A stretch of DNA of 64,000 nucleotides from Bdellovibrionales bacterium (GTDB taxonomy: Bacteria > Bdellovibrionota > UBA1018 > CAIMNF01), in NCBI GenBank assembly GCA_018969905.1, contig JAGWXK010000001.1:4587-68586 (forward strand), in the 5' to 3' direction. The position numbers were made by a program, and so were the translations under genes. Shown piece by piece: positions 45,985 through 57,811 of this stretch (positions within the stretch are counted from its first letter, which is position 1; the number at the start of each line of letters is the position of its first letter). Under the pieces are notes generated by a model. That model was not told the DNA's origin. It made no database searches and saw nothing but the letters and a program-made list of their open reading frames with translations.

Positions 45985-48522
45985 TTATTGATCCTCACGG
46001 AGCGCCTCATCATTGTCCTCTTCTAGTTTTGGGACGGTTCCGGGAATGGCAGCTGGAGCACCGCTCTCATCAGACAAATTCCCTTCGGTTTGCTTGGCTC
46101 CGGGCTCAGTTCCTGAAATAAAAACCTCTTTGATTGATTTCTGGGTGCCTGAAACTTTTCCGGATTTTGGATCGATGTTCGCAAACGTTACTCCTTCGGG
46201 AATTTGGAAGTCATCAGGCGCATAGTCCTTGAGAACATTTGTCATGTATTTGACCCATATAGGTAGAGCTGTATTGGCCCCGGTTTCGCCGCGGCCCATG
46301 GAGCGTTGATCATCATATCCGACCCACACCCCTGTAACCACCCTCGGAGAGAATCCGATAAACCAACCATCCCTGAAATCCTGCGTCGTCCCGGTTTTCC
46401 CGGCCAAAGGCCTTCCTATACTGCTCGCCTTGGCGGCCGTTCCGAATTGAACCACTTCTTTCATCAGATAGGTCATCAAATAAGCCACGCGCGGATCCAA
46501 TCGCAAACCTGGTACAAGCGGGGCAAAAGGAAGCTTTTTGCCCTCTAACGGCTCTCCAGATCCACCATTCTCGATCGGAAGATCTGCCTGAGTTTCAAGG
46601 GTTCTCCCATCCCGATCTTTGATCGATTGAAAAACATTGGCCCTAAAAGCTTTACCGGAGAGGGGAAAGGCCGTGAACGCATGAACAAGATCCTGAACCG
46701 TGGTTACCGCGGAGCCAAGTGATATGGAAAGATCAGGTATAAATTGCGTATCAAGACCGAGCCGTTTGGCAAGATTGATCACCGTCTGGACTTTTATGTC
46801 TTGCACAATCTTTACGGTTGGAATGTTGCGGGAATTGATGAGGGCCTGACGAAAGGTGGTATCTCCATAAAATTTTTCTTCGAAGTTCTCCGGCTTCCAA
46901 ACCCCGTTCTCTTTATCTTCAAAAACAATCGGCGAATCCACAATGATGCTTGCTGGAGTGTAGCCGCTTTCCACTGCTGCGGAGTAAATGATGGGTTTGA
47001 AGGTAGAACCCATTTGTCTCTTTGCTTGAACGGCTCGATTGAATTCCGAAGCAGCGTAATCGTAACCCCCAACCATTGCCAGGATTTGCCCTGTCTCAAC
47101 GTCAACAGAATACAATGCCCCTTGGATTTCTGGAGTCTGAGAAAGACGGGCCTTCCAAAGGCCGTTTACGAATCCCTTTACCTTGACCCAGACGACATCA
47201 CCCGTATGCAACACCTCGCCAATCGACTTTGGGGTCTTCGTGGGGTTACTTGATGGGCTCGCCCATTTTACATCTTCAAACGGAAGCTGTGCGCTTACCA
47301 GCCCGAGACTCACCTGTGCGAACTTTTGATCGGGTGAAATCTGAGTCACGAGTCCCTTTAAACGTTTTCCGATCAGGGTTTTCTCATAGGTAGGATCAAA
47401 ATCAGCGACCGCTGAGTCAAGGTCCAAGACTCCTTCCGGAGTGAGAAATCTAAAGGGGAGATGATCTTTCGTAATTTCTTTTTTCATCTCCTCACGGAAG
47501 GAATTCCACTCCGGCTCTGGCAGGTTTTTCAGTGGGCCCCTGTACCCCTTTCTTTGATCGATTTCCTCAAGCCCTGCCTCAAGAGCTTCCTGGGCATATT
47601 GGGAATACTTTGCTGCAGATGGAATCATAACACTCAAACCATCCTCATAAAGCATTTCCTCACCATACTTTTGAGCCAGATGCCTTCTTAGGTATTCAAC
47701 GAAATGGGGAGCGAGTTTTCTCTCAGTCCCATCGTTTACAAAAATCTTAACCTTTTCCTGGGCGGCGCTTCTCTGCTCACTCTCTGTAATGAATTTGTTT
47801 TCTCGCATCCTCTTCAAAACGTAGAGCTGACGATCTTTGGCTTTTCGCGGATTTAAAAGAGGTGAGTACTTGCCAGGTGCCGTAGGAAGTCCGGCGATCA
47901 ACGCCATTTCGGCAATACTCAGATTCTTCAACTCTTTTTGAAAGTAGGTTCGTGCCGCGGCTTGCACTCCGTATGCCCCGCTCCCAAGGTAGATTTGATT
48001 CAGGTAGAGGTACAGAATTTCTTCTTTAGTAAGGTTTTTTTCAAGTTGAAGGGCAAGAAAAAGCTCTTTCGCCTTCCTGAAGATGTTCTTTTCGGGACTC
48101 AAATAAAGCGACTTGGCGATTTGCTGGGTGATCGTGCTTCCGCCCTGAACCACTTGTCCCGCCAGGAAGTTTGCAATCGCGGCTCTTGCAATTGCAAGTA
48201 GATTCACCCCCTGATGTTCAAAGAAAGTAGAGTCTTCCGCTGACAAGAAGGCATTTACGAGCCTCTGTGGAATTTGGTCGTAGGGAGTCAGATAGCGCCT
48301 TTCTTTGTAGAACTCCGCCATGATCCTGGTGTTTCCATTTTCTACTGATAGAATCTGTGTCACTCCCAAAGGCCGATAATCAGAAACTCTCCTGATTTCA
48401 GGCACCTCTTTGTTGATCTTTTCGTATGCATACCAAAGCAACGCTGCCATTGAGACAGCGACACCTGCGGAAAGGAGCCCAATCATTTTAGCCCATTTTT
48501 TGAGCCGTTTTCTTATCCTCAT
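45985..48522 (-). CDS. mrcA: class A penicillin-binding protein 1A (glycosyltransferase + transpeptidase)
   Basis: GT51 motifs (SAEDSTFFEHQGVN, GGSTITQQ) and transpeptidase motifs (STFKP, SRN, KTGT). Confidence 0.9.
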   Translation of the reverse strand: MRIRKRLKKWAKMIGLLSAGVAVSMAALLWYAYEKINKEVPEIRRVSDYRPLGVTQILSVENGNTRIMAEFYKERRYLTPYDQIPQRLVNAFLSAEDSTFFEHQGVNLLAIARAAIANFLAGQVVQGGSTITQQIAKSLYLSPEKNIFRKAKELFLALQLEKNLTKEEILYLYLNQIYLGSGAYGVQAAARTYFQKELKNLSIAEMALIAGLPTAPGKYSPLLNPRKAKDRQLYVLKRMRENKFITESEQRSAAQEKVKIFVNDGTERKLAPHFVEYLRRHLAQKYGEEMLYEDGLSVMIPSAAKYSQYAQEALEAGLEEIDQRKGYRGPLKNLPEPEWNSFREEMKKEITKDHLPFRFLTPEGVLDLDSAVADFDPTYEKTLIGKRLKGLVTQISPDQKFAQVSLGLVSAQLPFEDVKWASPSSNPTKTPKSIGEVLHTGDVVWVKVKGFVNGLWKARLSQTPEIQGALYSVDVETGQILAMVGGYDYAASEFNRAVQAKRQMGSTFKPIIYSAAVESGYTPASIIVDSPIVFEDKENGVWKPENFEEKFYGDTTFRQALINSRNIPTVKIVQDIKVQTVINLAKRLGLDTQFIPDLSISLGSAVTTVQDLVHAFTAFPLSGKAFRANVFQSIKDRDGRTLETQADLPIENGGSGEPLEGKKLPFAPLVPGLRLDPRVAYLMTYLMKEVVQFGTAAKASSIGRPLAGKTGTTQDFRDGWFIGFSPRVVTGVWVGYDDQRSMGRGETGANTALPIWVKYMTNVLKDYAPDDFQIPEGVTFANIDPKSGKVSGTQKSIKEVFISGTEPGAKQTEGNLSDESGAPAAIPGTVPKLEEDNDEALREDQ

Positions 48523-48569
48523 GATGCTAGATCATACTCCGATTCACGGACCAACCCACGCTAAATTTT

Positions 48570-49334
48570 TCAACTCTCGCCGGATTTCTCCGGTTGGCTC
48601 AAATGAAAAAGATACTCTACATTTCCATCCGCTCCACTGATTGGAGATTGAATCCACCCCTTTGTTAGGAGTCCCAGTTCTGATGCCCAGGTCAATGTTT
48701 CCTGTAGATGCTGACGTGCGCGTTCCTGATCACGCACAATACCACCCTCCGTGAGCCACTCCCGGCCAAGCTCAAATTGCGGCTTGTACAGCAGAATGAG
48801 ATCGGCACTCGGCTGAAGTCCTGAAATGATTGAAGGAAGAATCAGTCGTAGGGAAATAAAGGATACATCCATGACGAGGAGGTTGAATTTTTCTGGAAAA
48901 TCATTCGGATTAAAATATCTCGCGTTGTAATTTTCACGGCTAAAGACCCTGGGATCAGATCGCAGCTTCCATGCTAGTTGGTTTGTCCCAACATCAATTG
49001 CATGCACCGAGCGCACCCCCCTCTCCAAAAGCACCTCGGTGAATCCACCTGTAGAAGAGCCGACATCAATGGCGATTCTATCATGCACGGGAATTTCAAA
49101 GTGGTCTAGAGCTGCCACAAGCTTTAAAGCTCCTCGTGACACATACTTCAATTCGGGCTCCCTAAGTCGAACGATTGCGTCGAGAGGAACCTTTTCCCCC
49201 GGCTTAACCATTGGAACATCATTCACCAGAACATGCCCCGCCATGATCATTGCTTGCGCCCGTGCGCGAGTACTCACCAGCCCCTTATCAACGAGGATCT
49301 TGTCAATTCGGGCCTTTTCTTTTTTTGAATTCAC
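48570..49334 (-). CDS. tlyA: TlyA family rRNA 2'-O-methyltransferase / hemolysin A
   Basis: S4 domain (RIDKILVDKGLVSTRARAQAMIMAGHVLVN) plus FtsJ-like MTase (DVGSSTGGFTEVLLERG). Confidence 0.9.
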   Translation of the reverse strand: MNSKKEKARIDKILVDKGLVSTRARAQAMIMAGHVLVNDVPMVKPGEKVPLDAIVRLREPELKYVSRGALKLVAALDHFEIPVHDRIAIDVGSSTGGFTEVLLERGVRSVHAIDVGTNQLAWKLRSDPRVFSRENYNARYFNPNDFPEKFNLLVMDVSFISLRLILPSIISGLQPSADLILLYKPQFELGREWLTEGGIVRDQERARQHLQETLTWASELGLLTKGWIQSPISGADGNVEYLFHLSQPEKSGES

Positions 49335-49567
49335 GACTCAGAGCCTGAAAAAGGCTTGGTTTCCACCCCCTCGGCGTTCGCCTTGATCAGCACATCCACT
49401 TTTTGTTCGGCTTGTGCGAGTAGAGATTGGCAATTCTTCACCAGACCGACTCCCTCCTGGAACGCTGCGAGCGCTTCCTCCAACGGGAGAGTCCCAGTTT
49501 CGAGATTCTTTACCAAAGCTTCCAGTTTCTGAATTGATTGTTCGAACTTTTCTGAGGAAATCATCAC
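49331..49567 (-). CDS. xseB: exodeoxyribonuclease VII small subunit
   Basis: FEQSIQKLEALVKNLETGTLPLEEALAAFQEGVGLVKNCQSLLAQAEQKV. Confidence 0.85.
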   Translation of the reverse strand: MMISSEKFEQSIQKLEALVKNLETGTLPLEEALAAFQEGVGLVKNCQSLLAQAEQKVDVLIKANAEGVETKPFSGSES

Positions 49568-51535
49568 TCATGGGGATATCACATGGATCACCCTTGGCGA
49601 AACAGGGATAAGGTCGCTTTTTAGCACCTCTTCATTTGGCCCCTTTAAGAGGACCTGGCTCAACCCTTCTGATACCTGTACCGACATGAATCGTGGCAGG
49701 TCTCCTTCCAAAGGATCTTGCGACGAGATTTTACCGTTCCAGAGAATGGAATAGTTCAGTGGCTCGAGTCCGAATCTGCTCGTCAACGGTCGTGTTTCAG
49801 TGCGGTACTCCTCCCTGAAGCCGTCTATCCTTGTTCTTTGGTAGGCTCCGACCACCAAAGCCCCTTGATCACTCAATCCTTGCTTCACCTGATTCAACCA
49901 CCGATACAACGATTTTTCCGCAATTTGATTTACCTGGAAATACCCTGAAGAGTCTGGCTCGATCAATTCATACCTGTAAATGTACCCGGCCTCCTGTCCC
50001 TGTCGTGAACCTATATCAACGAAAAGAGGATATCCCTTAATGGTCCGAACATTACTCAAGAGTGCGGTTCCGTCGCTTCTGGTAATGGCTTGTATGCCAG
50101 TTTGAGTAGAGAGGCCTACCGTTAATCCGACAATTTCCTGGTCTTCCCTTGTCGTGTTTTTGTTCACCTTGACCTGAATATTCCGTACTTCTGGTTCGGA
50201 AAGCGCCATGAAGGTCACCACGTCTTCGAGCACCGGCACAAACACCGTGGTATTGAGTTCCTGGTCCTTTTCGGATACCAGCTCCAGAACGCCTGCGCCA
50301 GGCTCTACGTTCAGGATCGCAAAGTGCTTGTTACCCTTCGACTCAAAGTATACGGGTTCCTCTGAGCGGCCTGCGAAATCCACTTTGTATCCCACAGGAA
50401 CCTTTCCAACGATAATTCCCATGCCTTTCGTGAGCCGTGCACCAGCCTTTAGAAATAGGTCCGCAAGGTGATATTCGTGCATCAACAGTGTTTCAATGTT
50501 CGAGGGCGCAGGATGTCGGGTCAAGGTGGGCATGTGCCTTGCCCCTTCCACTTTGACCCACCCGGTGGAGTTCCACGACCTGGATATCCATGTCAGTTTT
50601 TCCGGGCAGATTTGACTATCCATCTCAAGCGGGGTTTCATTACCGGGAAGTGAAAAAGGATGCTCTATTCCCAGGCCACATTTTCCGGGCTTTTCAACCT
50701 CTTTTGGCTTGATCTGGGCTAGCTCCCAGGGACTGGCTTTGCTGTACTCAAGTGCCCTTTTCTGGTTTTGGGCAATTGTAATGGGACGTGGATTCAGTGG
50801 CGCTCCGACTGAACGCTCATTGGGGGTTGTTGAATCGGGTCTAACAGCTACTGAGTTTATCTTGATTTGCTCCCCCAGCAAGAGACTTGCTAGATCAGAC
50901 TTTTCTTTCTCACTCAGCTCGGGCGAAAGGTTGATCTGTCCCGGATGGACATCAGAAGACCTTGGTTGACTAGGTTCAAACTTAGATTCGGATCTCGCCT
51001 GCTCTTTCCTTGGACGTGGTGCCGGAACCTGTATGCTCAGGTCATTGCCCCATACCCAGTCCGATTCAGAAGCAAGTTTGCTTGAATCAAGCTTCATGAA
51101 AGCTCCTCGATGGAAATGAGCCGCAAACTGAAAGTCCTGATACAGATCCCGATTTACTGTTTCGAGAGCCTCAACCGCATTCTTTAGCCTTTTAAGATTT
51201 TCCCGGGGTTGGGTAAATTGCGATTTTTGAAGCGCCGCTTGTGCAGGGAATCTTTGAACAGAGACAGGTTTTGGATCAAGAACAGAAATCGAGGGAGCGG
51301 CCAAATCTCCGTTTGATTCAGCCAATTTAACCGTGGCCGTGCCTTTGAGCCATTGGATGCCTCGAAACTCAATCTTCTGCTTTTGAAAGGTAATTCTAAA
51401 ACTCCTCAAAGAAATTTCAGAGTTTAGGCCTGCAAGTAGACCTCCGGAAAAACTAAACACAATCGCGGACACCGAAAGGGCGCGGAATGGAAACTTAAGA
51501 CTAGTGTTGTCAAAGCACGAAATGAATCCGTTCAT
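49568..51535 (-). CDS. hypothetical membrane-anchored protein (655 aa), no recognisable domain
   Basis: N-terminal TM (ALSVSAIVFSFSGGLLAGL); its stop abuts the xseB start, so the two are translationally coupled; it is not XseA-like. Confidence 0.55.
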   Translation of the reverse strand: MNGFISCFDNTSLKFPFRALSVSAIVFSFSGGLLAGLNSEISLRSFRITFQKQKIEFRGIQWLKGTATVKLAESNGDLAAPSISVLDPKPVSVQRFPAQAALQKSQFTQPRENLKRLKNAVEALETVNRDLYQDFQFAAHFHRGAFMKLDSSKLASESDWVWGNDLSIQVPAPRPRKEQARSESKFEPSQPRSSDVHPGQINLSPELSEKEKSDLASLLLGEQIKINSVAVRPDSTTPNERSVGAPLNPRPITIAQNQKRALEYSKASPWELAQIKPKEVEKPGKCGLGIEHPFSLPGNETPLEMDSQICPEKLTWISRSWNSTGWVKVEGARHMPTLTRHPAPSNIETLLMHEYHLADLFLKAGARLTKGMGIIVGKVPVGYKVDFAGRSEEPVYFESKGNKHFAILNVEPGAGVLELVSEKDQELNTTVFVPVLEDVVTFMALSEPEVRNIQVKVNKNTTREDQEIVGLTVGLSTQTGIQAITRSDGTALLSNVRTIKGYPLFVDIGSRQGQEAGYIYRYELIEPDSSGYFQVNQIAEKSLYRWLNQVKQGLSDQGALVVGAYQRTRIDGFREEYRTETRPLTSRFGLEPLNYSILWNGKISSQDPLEGDLPRFMSVQVSEGLSQVLLKGPNEEVLKSDLIPVSPRVIHVISP

Positions 51536-51640
51536 TCCTGTTTCATTGCAGCAGTCATTGCCGCAGATATCCTATGCCTTACATTATTGCCAAAAAGGCC
51601 TCAAAGAACAACAAAATAGAGGGTTAGGTCAGAGCGACTC

Positions 51641-52048
51641 CTATTTGCCGCCAAGACTCTGTCGAATCAATGCCCTTTGAAGTTTTAATTGATACTTCCT
51701 GAACGCTGACGAATCCAATGAGGCATCTGCAAGCATTTTCTCTGCTTTCATCTGCGCTGCCTTGGCACGCGAAAGGTCGATTTCGTGGGCAAGTTCGACC
51801 GTTTCCGCAATCACCTTGACGGCCCCGTCTTCAACATTGACAAATCCACTGGAAATCACACCACGCACCGGGCTCTTATCCACCGGCGTGTAAACAAAGT
51901 GACCGGCATCAAGAGCAGAAATCATGTTCGCATGACCGGGAAGAATCTCTATTTCCCCTTTTGTGGTAGTCACAACAAACGACTGCACTTGTTCATCCTG
52001 GGTCAGGCGCCGCTCTGGTGCAAAGACACTCAGACTGAAACTCTTCAT
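51641..52048 (-). CDS. atpC: F1 ATP synthase epsilon subunit
   Basis: VVTTTKGEIEILPGHANMISAL. Confidence 0.9.
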   Translation of the reverse strand: MKSFSLSVFAPERRLTQDEQVQSFVVTTTKGEIEILPGHANMISALDAGHFVYTPVDKSPVRGVISSGFVNVEDGAVKVIAETVELAHEIDLSRAKAAQMKAEKMLADASLDSSAFRKYQLKLQRALIRQSLGGK

Positions 52049-52071
52049 TCACGAACCCTCATTCCTTTTGA

Positions 52072-53505
<1,434 letters not shown>

Positions 53506-53508
53506 TTA

Positions 53509-54381
53509 CTAAGCTTGAACTTTCTGCGCTTCACTTCCGGAAATAATCTCCAGAAGCTCCTTCGTAATCGCAGCCTGTCTTTGTTTATTATACTGAAGGG
53601 TTAGTTTTCTAATCATGTCTCCCGCGTTCTTTGTCGCGTTTTCCATGGCACTCATGCGCGCACCATGCTCCGAGGCCTGTGCCTCAAGCAATGATTTGAA
53701 CACCTGAATGACAAAATACTTCGCTGAGAGCGCCTCATAAAGTTCTGGTCTGGAGGGCTCGAAAATTGAGAGATCGGCTTTGACAGAGTCGATGCCTGTT
53801 TGTTCGGAAACGGTGATCGGCAAGACTTGCTCCGTTTTCACCACCTGAGAGATTGCATTCTTGAACTCGTTGTAAATGAAAACCACCTCGTCGACGGCAC
53901 CTGACTCAAACAGTGGAAGGATCGTTCTCGAAAGATCGGCTGCCTTCCGAAAAGTCACCTTAGCGCCGAACTCCTCGAAATGAGTTTGATCCACTGATGT
54001 TCTAGCCTTGACAAGCTCCATCGCCTTCTTGCCGACGAATACGACTCTCACCGCTCTGCCTTCTCTCTTCTTCTCAGAAAGAAAAGAGAGTGCCGCGCGT
54101 GTGACGCTTCCGTTGTAGCCTCCGCATAGACCTCGATCAGAGCTTACCACTACAAGAAGACTGGTCGGTGCCTTTGTCAAAGCTGAATCGCCCTCATTTA
54201 CCTGTCCGCCCGAAAGCGTGGCCATCATCCTGGCAATCTCTTTTGCATAGGGCCTTTGGCTCAAAATGGCCTCTGTTGCCCTTCTTAACTTGGCAGCAGA
54301 AACCATTTTCATCGCCTTTGTGGTCTGTTGAGTGTTCTTTACCGAAGAGATTCGGCTTTTGAGATCCTTTATACTGGGCAT
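53509..54381 (-). CDS. atpG: F1 ATP synthase gamma subunit
   Basis: [35 protein letters not shown]. Confidence 0.95.
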   Translation of the reverse strand: MPSIKDLKSRISSVKNTQQTTKAMKMVSAAKLRRATEAILSQRPYAKEIARMMATLSGGQVNEGDSALTKAPTSLLVVVSSDRGLCGGYNGSVTRAALSFLSEKKREGRAVRVVFVGKKAMELVKARTSVDQTHFEEFGAKVTFRKAADLSRTILPLFESGAVDEVVFIYNEFKNAISQVVKTEQVLPITVSEQTGIDSVKADLSIFEPSRPELYEALSAKYFVIQVFKSLLEAQASEHGARMSAMENATKNAGDMIRKLTLQYNKQRQAAITKELLEIISGSEAQKVQA

Positions 54382-55886
54382 TAGGTGAATACCTTTTCAA
54401 AGGCCTTGAGTGCTTCTATCAGCTTGGCTTTGGTATCATCGTCAATTGCTTTTTTCTCCGTGATCGTTTTTGCAATTGCTGGATGATTCTTGGTCAAATA
54501 GTCGAGAAGCTGAGATTCATATGCCAGAAGTTTCGATGTAGGCATTCGATCCAAGAATCCGTTCACCCCCGCGAAAATCACGAGAATCTGATCCTCAACA
54601 GGTTTTGGCTGATACTGCGGTTGCTTCAAAATTTCCACCAACCTTTGGCCGCGGGCAAGCTGACGTTGCGTTGCCGGATCAAGGTCGGATCCGAACTGTG
54701 CGAATGCTGCCTTTTCACGGTACTGCGCAAGGTCAATTCGAAGTGTTCCCGCTACCTGTTTCATGGCTTTGATCTGAGCAGCACCTCCAACCCTCGAAAC
54801 TGAAAGACCCACGTTCACTGCCGGACGAACTCCGCTGTAAAAAAGATCGCTTTCCAGAAAGATTTGCCCGTCAGTGATTGAGATCACGTTGGTAGGGATG
54901 TAACCAGAAACGTCGCCGGCTTGGGTTTCCACGATCGGAAGAGCGGTCAAACTTCCCGCCCCCAACTTGTCACTCAATTTAGCCGCACGCTCAAGTAAGC
55001 GCGAGTGGAGATAAAAAACGTCTCCGGGGTAGGCTTCCCGCCCCGGTGGACGACGCAGAAGAAGTGACAGCTGACGGTAGGCTTGTGCCTGCTTGGTAAG
55101 GTCATCGTAAACAATCAGGGCATGCATTCCATTGTCACGAAAAAACTCTCCCATGGTCACGCCCGTATAGGGCGCCAAAAACTGCAGAGGAGCCTGCTCT
55201 GAGGCGTTGGCGGCTACCACAATTGTGTAATCCATCGCCCCAGCCTTTTTCAGGCGATCTACAACTTGAGCCACGGTAGACTGCTTTTGACCGATTGCAA
55301 CGTAGATGCAAAATACGTTTTTCCCTTTTTGGTTGATGATGGTGTCAATTGCGATAGCGGTTTTTCCGGTTTGGCGATCACCAATGATCAACTCTCGCTG
55401 CCCGCGACCGATCGGAATCATGGCGTCAATTGCTTTAATGCCTGTTTGAAGTGGTTCATGAACGGACTTTCGTTCGATGATTCCCGGTGCCTTCACCTCA
55501 ACCCTGGCGTATTTGCTCGCTTTGATTTCGCCCAAACCATCCACAGGTTGCCCCAGAGCGTTGACAACGCGTCCAAGCAGCTCTTTGCCAATCGGAACTT
55601 GCACAATCTTGCCCGTTCTCTTTACAGTCCCACCTTCTTTGATCAAGGTTTCATCACCAAGAATCGCTGCACCTACTGACATTTCTTCAAGGTTAAGAAT
55701 CATGCCTGAAACGCCATTACCGAAATCCACAAGCTCACCGGCCATCGCCTTTTCCAGACCGTAGATTTTTGCAACACCGTCACCCACTGCCAGAACGGAG
55801 CCCGTTTCAGACACGTCCAGCTTTCCATCCAAATTGGACAGTTGACTCTTCAAAACTTCTGCTATTTCACTGGCTTTCAAGCTCAT
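54381..55886 (-). CDS. atpA: F1 ATP synthase alpha subunit
   Basis: Walker A GDRQTGKT; start set at MSLKASEI with an AGGAG RBS. Confidence 0.97.
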   Translation of the reverse strand: MSLKASEIAEVLKSQLSNLDGKLDVSETGSVLAVGDGVAKIYGLEKAMAGELVDFGNGVSGMILNLEEMSVGAAILGDETLIKEGGTVKRTGKIVQVPIGKELLGRVVNALGQPVDGLGEIKASKYARVEVKAPGIIERKSVHEPLQTGIKAIDAMIPIGRGQRELIIGDRQTGKTAIAIDTIINQKGKNVFCIYVAIGQKQSTVAQVVDRLKKAGAMDYTIVVAANASEQAPLQFLAPYTGVTMGEFFRDNGMHALIVYDDLTKQAQAYRQLSLLLRRPPGREAYPGDVFYLHSRLLERAAKLSDKLGAGSLTALPIVETQAGDVSGYIPTNVISITDGQIFLESDLFYSGVRPAVNVGLSVSRVGGAAQIKAMKQVAGTLRIDLAQYREKAAFAQFGSDLDPATQRQLARGQRLVEILKQPQYQPKPVEDQILVIFAGVNGFLDRMPTSKLLAYESQLLDYLTKNHPAIAKTITEKKAIDDDTKAKLIEALKAFEKVFT

Positions 55887-55908
55887 GATTTTCTCCTTAA
55901 CTTCTTTC

Positions 55909-56439
55909 TTACATGCCCGCAAATCTAGCGAGCTTAGACCTGATGGTTCCGTCGTAGGTCACTCCACTAATCGTTACCCGAATCCCGGCGATCAAGGCAG
56001 GATCCACCGATGAGCTCAATTGCACCGGCTTCTGGAACCGCTTCGAGAATGCTTCCGTGATTTCGACCATGGTGGAAGGATCGAGGGCAATCGCACTTAC
56101 AAGCTCCCCAACCAAACCGCCTCGTCGTTCCACCTGAAGTCTCTCTACCTCTGAAAGAATAGCGGGCAGAAGATCCAATCTTGCTTTTCTGAGTAGCAAA
56201 TTCAGGAAGCGGGCCGAAAAAGGCGAAAGCCGGGCCTTCTCACAAATTGCTTTCAAACCCTTTGTCTTTTCGTCCTCAGAAAACATGGGGCTCTCAAAAA
56301 CCTTCAATCCTTGCTGATTTCCACAAAGCGCCGTCGCAAACGATTGGAGTTCAGATGTCACCGAGAGCAGGTCTACCCCGGACTTCTCAGCCATCGCAAC
56401 ATCAACTAAAACCTGCGCATACAATCGTACTGCCTTCAT
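55909..56439 (-). CDS. atpH: F1 ATP synthase delta subunit (OSCP)
   Basis: Position and OSCP-like sequence. Confidence 0.88.
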   Translation of the reverse strand: MKAVRLYAQVLVDVAMAEKSGVDLLSVTSELQSFATALCGNQQGLKVFESPMFSEDEKTKGLKAICEKARLSPFSARFLNLLLRKARLDLLPAILSEVERLQVERRGGLVGELVSAIALDPSTMVEITEAFSKRFQKPVQLSSSVDPALIAGIRVTISGVTYDGTIRSKLARFAGM

Positions 56440-56921
56440 GCTGGGCCATCTCCTCTCAAGATCTGCCCAACAATTCGTGCGTTGATCTTGACGTGGTCTT
56501 CGGGAGTGAGGGCCTGCAGAATTTTTTGCTCCGCCGAGCTGAGTATCGCTTTTCTAAAGGTTGTGCGAATGGAACCTCGGATTTGCTCAATCAACGCAAG
56601 CCGGTTTTGTTCCGCTTCGATTTTCATCTGGGCAATAACACGGGCAGAAGATTGCCTGATGGTTTCTGCCTGTAGAACACTCTTCTGCGACCATTCGCTT
56701 TCGATTTGGCGTGTTTCTACACCCAAAAGCTCCAATTTTGATTCTGCCTCAGCCCTCCGCCTTTCGGCTTCCTCAAATTGAGCCTTTGATTTGTTTAGAC
56801 CGACAAAGATCTCTTTCCTGCGACCAGAAACAAAATCAAAAAAGGGTGCTTTGGTTTTGTAAGCCAAGAAACCCAAGAGTCCAAAAAGATTGATCGCAGG
56901 CCAAAAAAGTTTTTCCATCAT
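56436..56921 (-). CDS. atpF: Fo ATP synthase subunit b
   Basis: Single N-terminal TM followed by a long charged helix. Confidence 0.82.
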   Translation of the reverse strand: MMEKLFWPAINLFGLLGFLAYKTKAPFFDFVSGRRKEIFVGLNKSKAQFEEAERRRAEAESKLELLGVETRQIESEWSQKSVLQAETIRQSSARVIAQMKIEAEQNRLALIEQIRGSIRTTFRKAILSSAEQKILQALTPEDHVKINARIVGQILRGDGPA

Positions 56922-57361
56922 GATCCTCCCGACAAAACCTTCTGTGCTAGCGCATCGGAAAGAGGTCCAAGCTGAAGCTTCAATTCCGATTCAGCCTTCA
57001 GGCGCTCATCTTGGAGCTCCTGAACCAGTTTAAGATAATCTTTCTTTAATTCCTCTTTTACCTTTGAAATTCGAGCCTCTTCCTCGAGCCTAACTTCGCT
57101 TAAGGCCGATTCATGCGCCTTGATTGCATCTAACCGCGCCTTTGAAAGCGCTTTTTCGTACTGCTCCACTTTTGCTTCGACTGTCTTTAGAAGTTCAGCG
57201 GATGACTCCATGTCGTCCTTAAGTTTGTGGTTTCTTTTTTCTATGAGCCTCTGAATGGGCTTCATGTAGAGCTCGGATAAAAGGAGGAAGAAAACCCCGA
57301 ATAGGGCAAACTGATAAAAAAAGGTTTTGTTGATCTCAAGTTGCTCGAGAATTTGACTCAT
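56918..57361 (-). CDS. Fo ATP synthase subunit b'
   Basis: Second b-type subunit (TM then a charged coiled coil) immediately upstream of atpF. Confidence 0.78.
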   Translation of the reverse strand: MSQILEQLEINKTFFYQFALFGVFFLLLSELYMKPIQRLIEKRNHKLKDDMESSAELLKTVEAKVEQYEKALSKARLDAIKAHESALSEVRLEEEARISKVKEELKKDYLKLVQELQDERLKAESELKLQLGPLSDALAQKVLSGGS

Positions 57362-57451
57362 GCTTACTAGCCCTTATCGCTGCGCTCAAAAGGAAAGGCG
57401 ATTTAATGTTTCACTTTGGCTATCACGCAGAATAAAGCACGGTCAAGCATG

Positions 57452-57811
57452 TCATGTCATTTTATTGGTACCTTCGAAGATTACTCCATCTTCGACCCGT
57501 AAACTGGGGGTACTCATCTCGCCCTTAAAGACTGCGGGTTTCCGGATTTCAACTCGATGCTTTGCGTCGATTGTGGCTTCAACTCGCCCGTAAATGATGA
57601 CGATTCCAGCCTTGATTTCACCGGTGACACGACCGGTTTCCCCAATCACAAGCATATCAGGCGTTGTAACCGTCCCGTTCAGAATGCCGTTTATATGAAA
57701 ACACCCGCTATATGCAAGATTTCCGCGAAACTCCACAGAAGACTCAAGCACACCCGTCACCTGGGTAGAAACCACCTCGGGGGCGGGGAAATCTTTGAGG
57801 CCGTACTCCAT
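57452..57811 (-). CDS. bactofilin
   Basis: Beta-helical bactofilin repeats (VTGVLESSVEFRGNLAYSGCFHINGILNGTV ... IIYGRVEATIDAKHRVEI); start abuts the parB stop. Confidence 0.8.
   Translation of the reverse strand: MEYGLKDFPAPEVVSTQVTGVLESSVEFRGNLAYSGCFHINGILNGTVTTPDMLVIGETGRVTGEIKAGIVIIYGRVEATIDAKHRVEIRKPAVFKGEMSTPSLRVEDGVIFEGTNKMT

Noticed and set aside
49568-51535. Calling the 655-aa gene upstream of xseB as xseA
   Set aside because: It has no OB-fold or XseA catalytic-domain similarity, and its N-terminal TM anchor and size are wrong for XseA. It is left as hypothetical.
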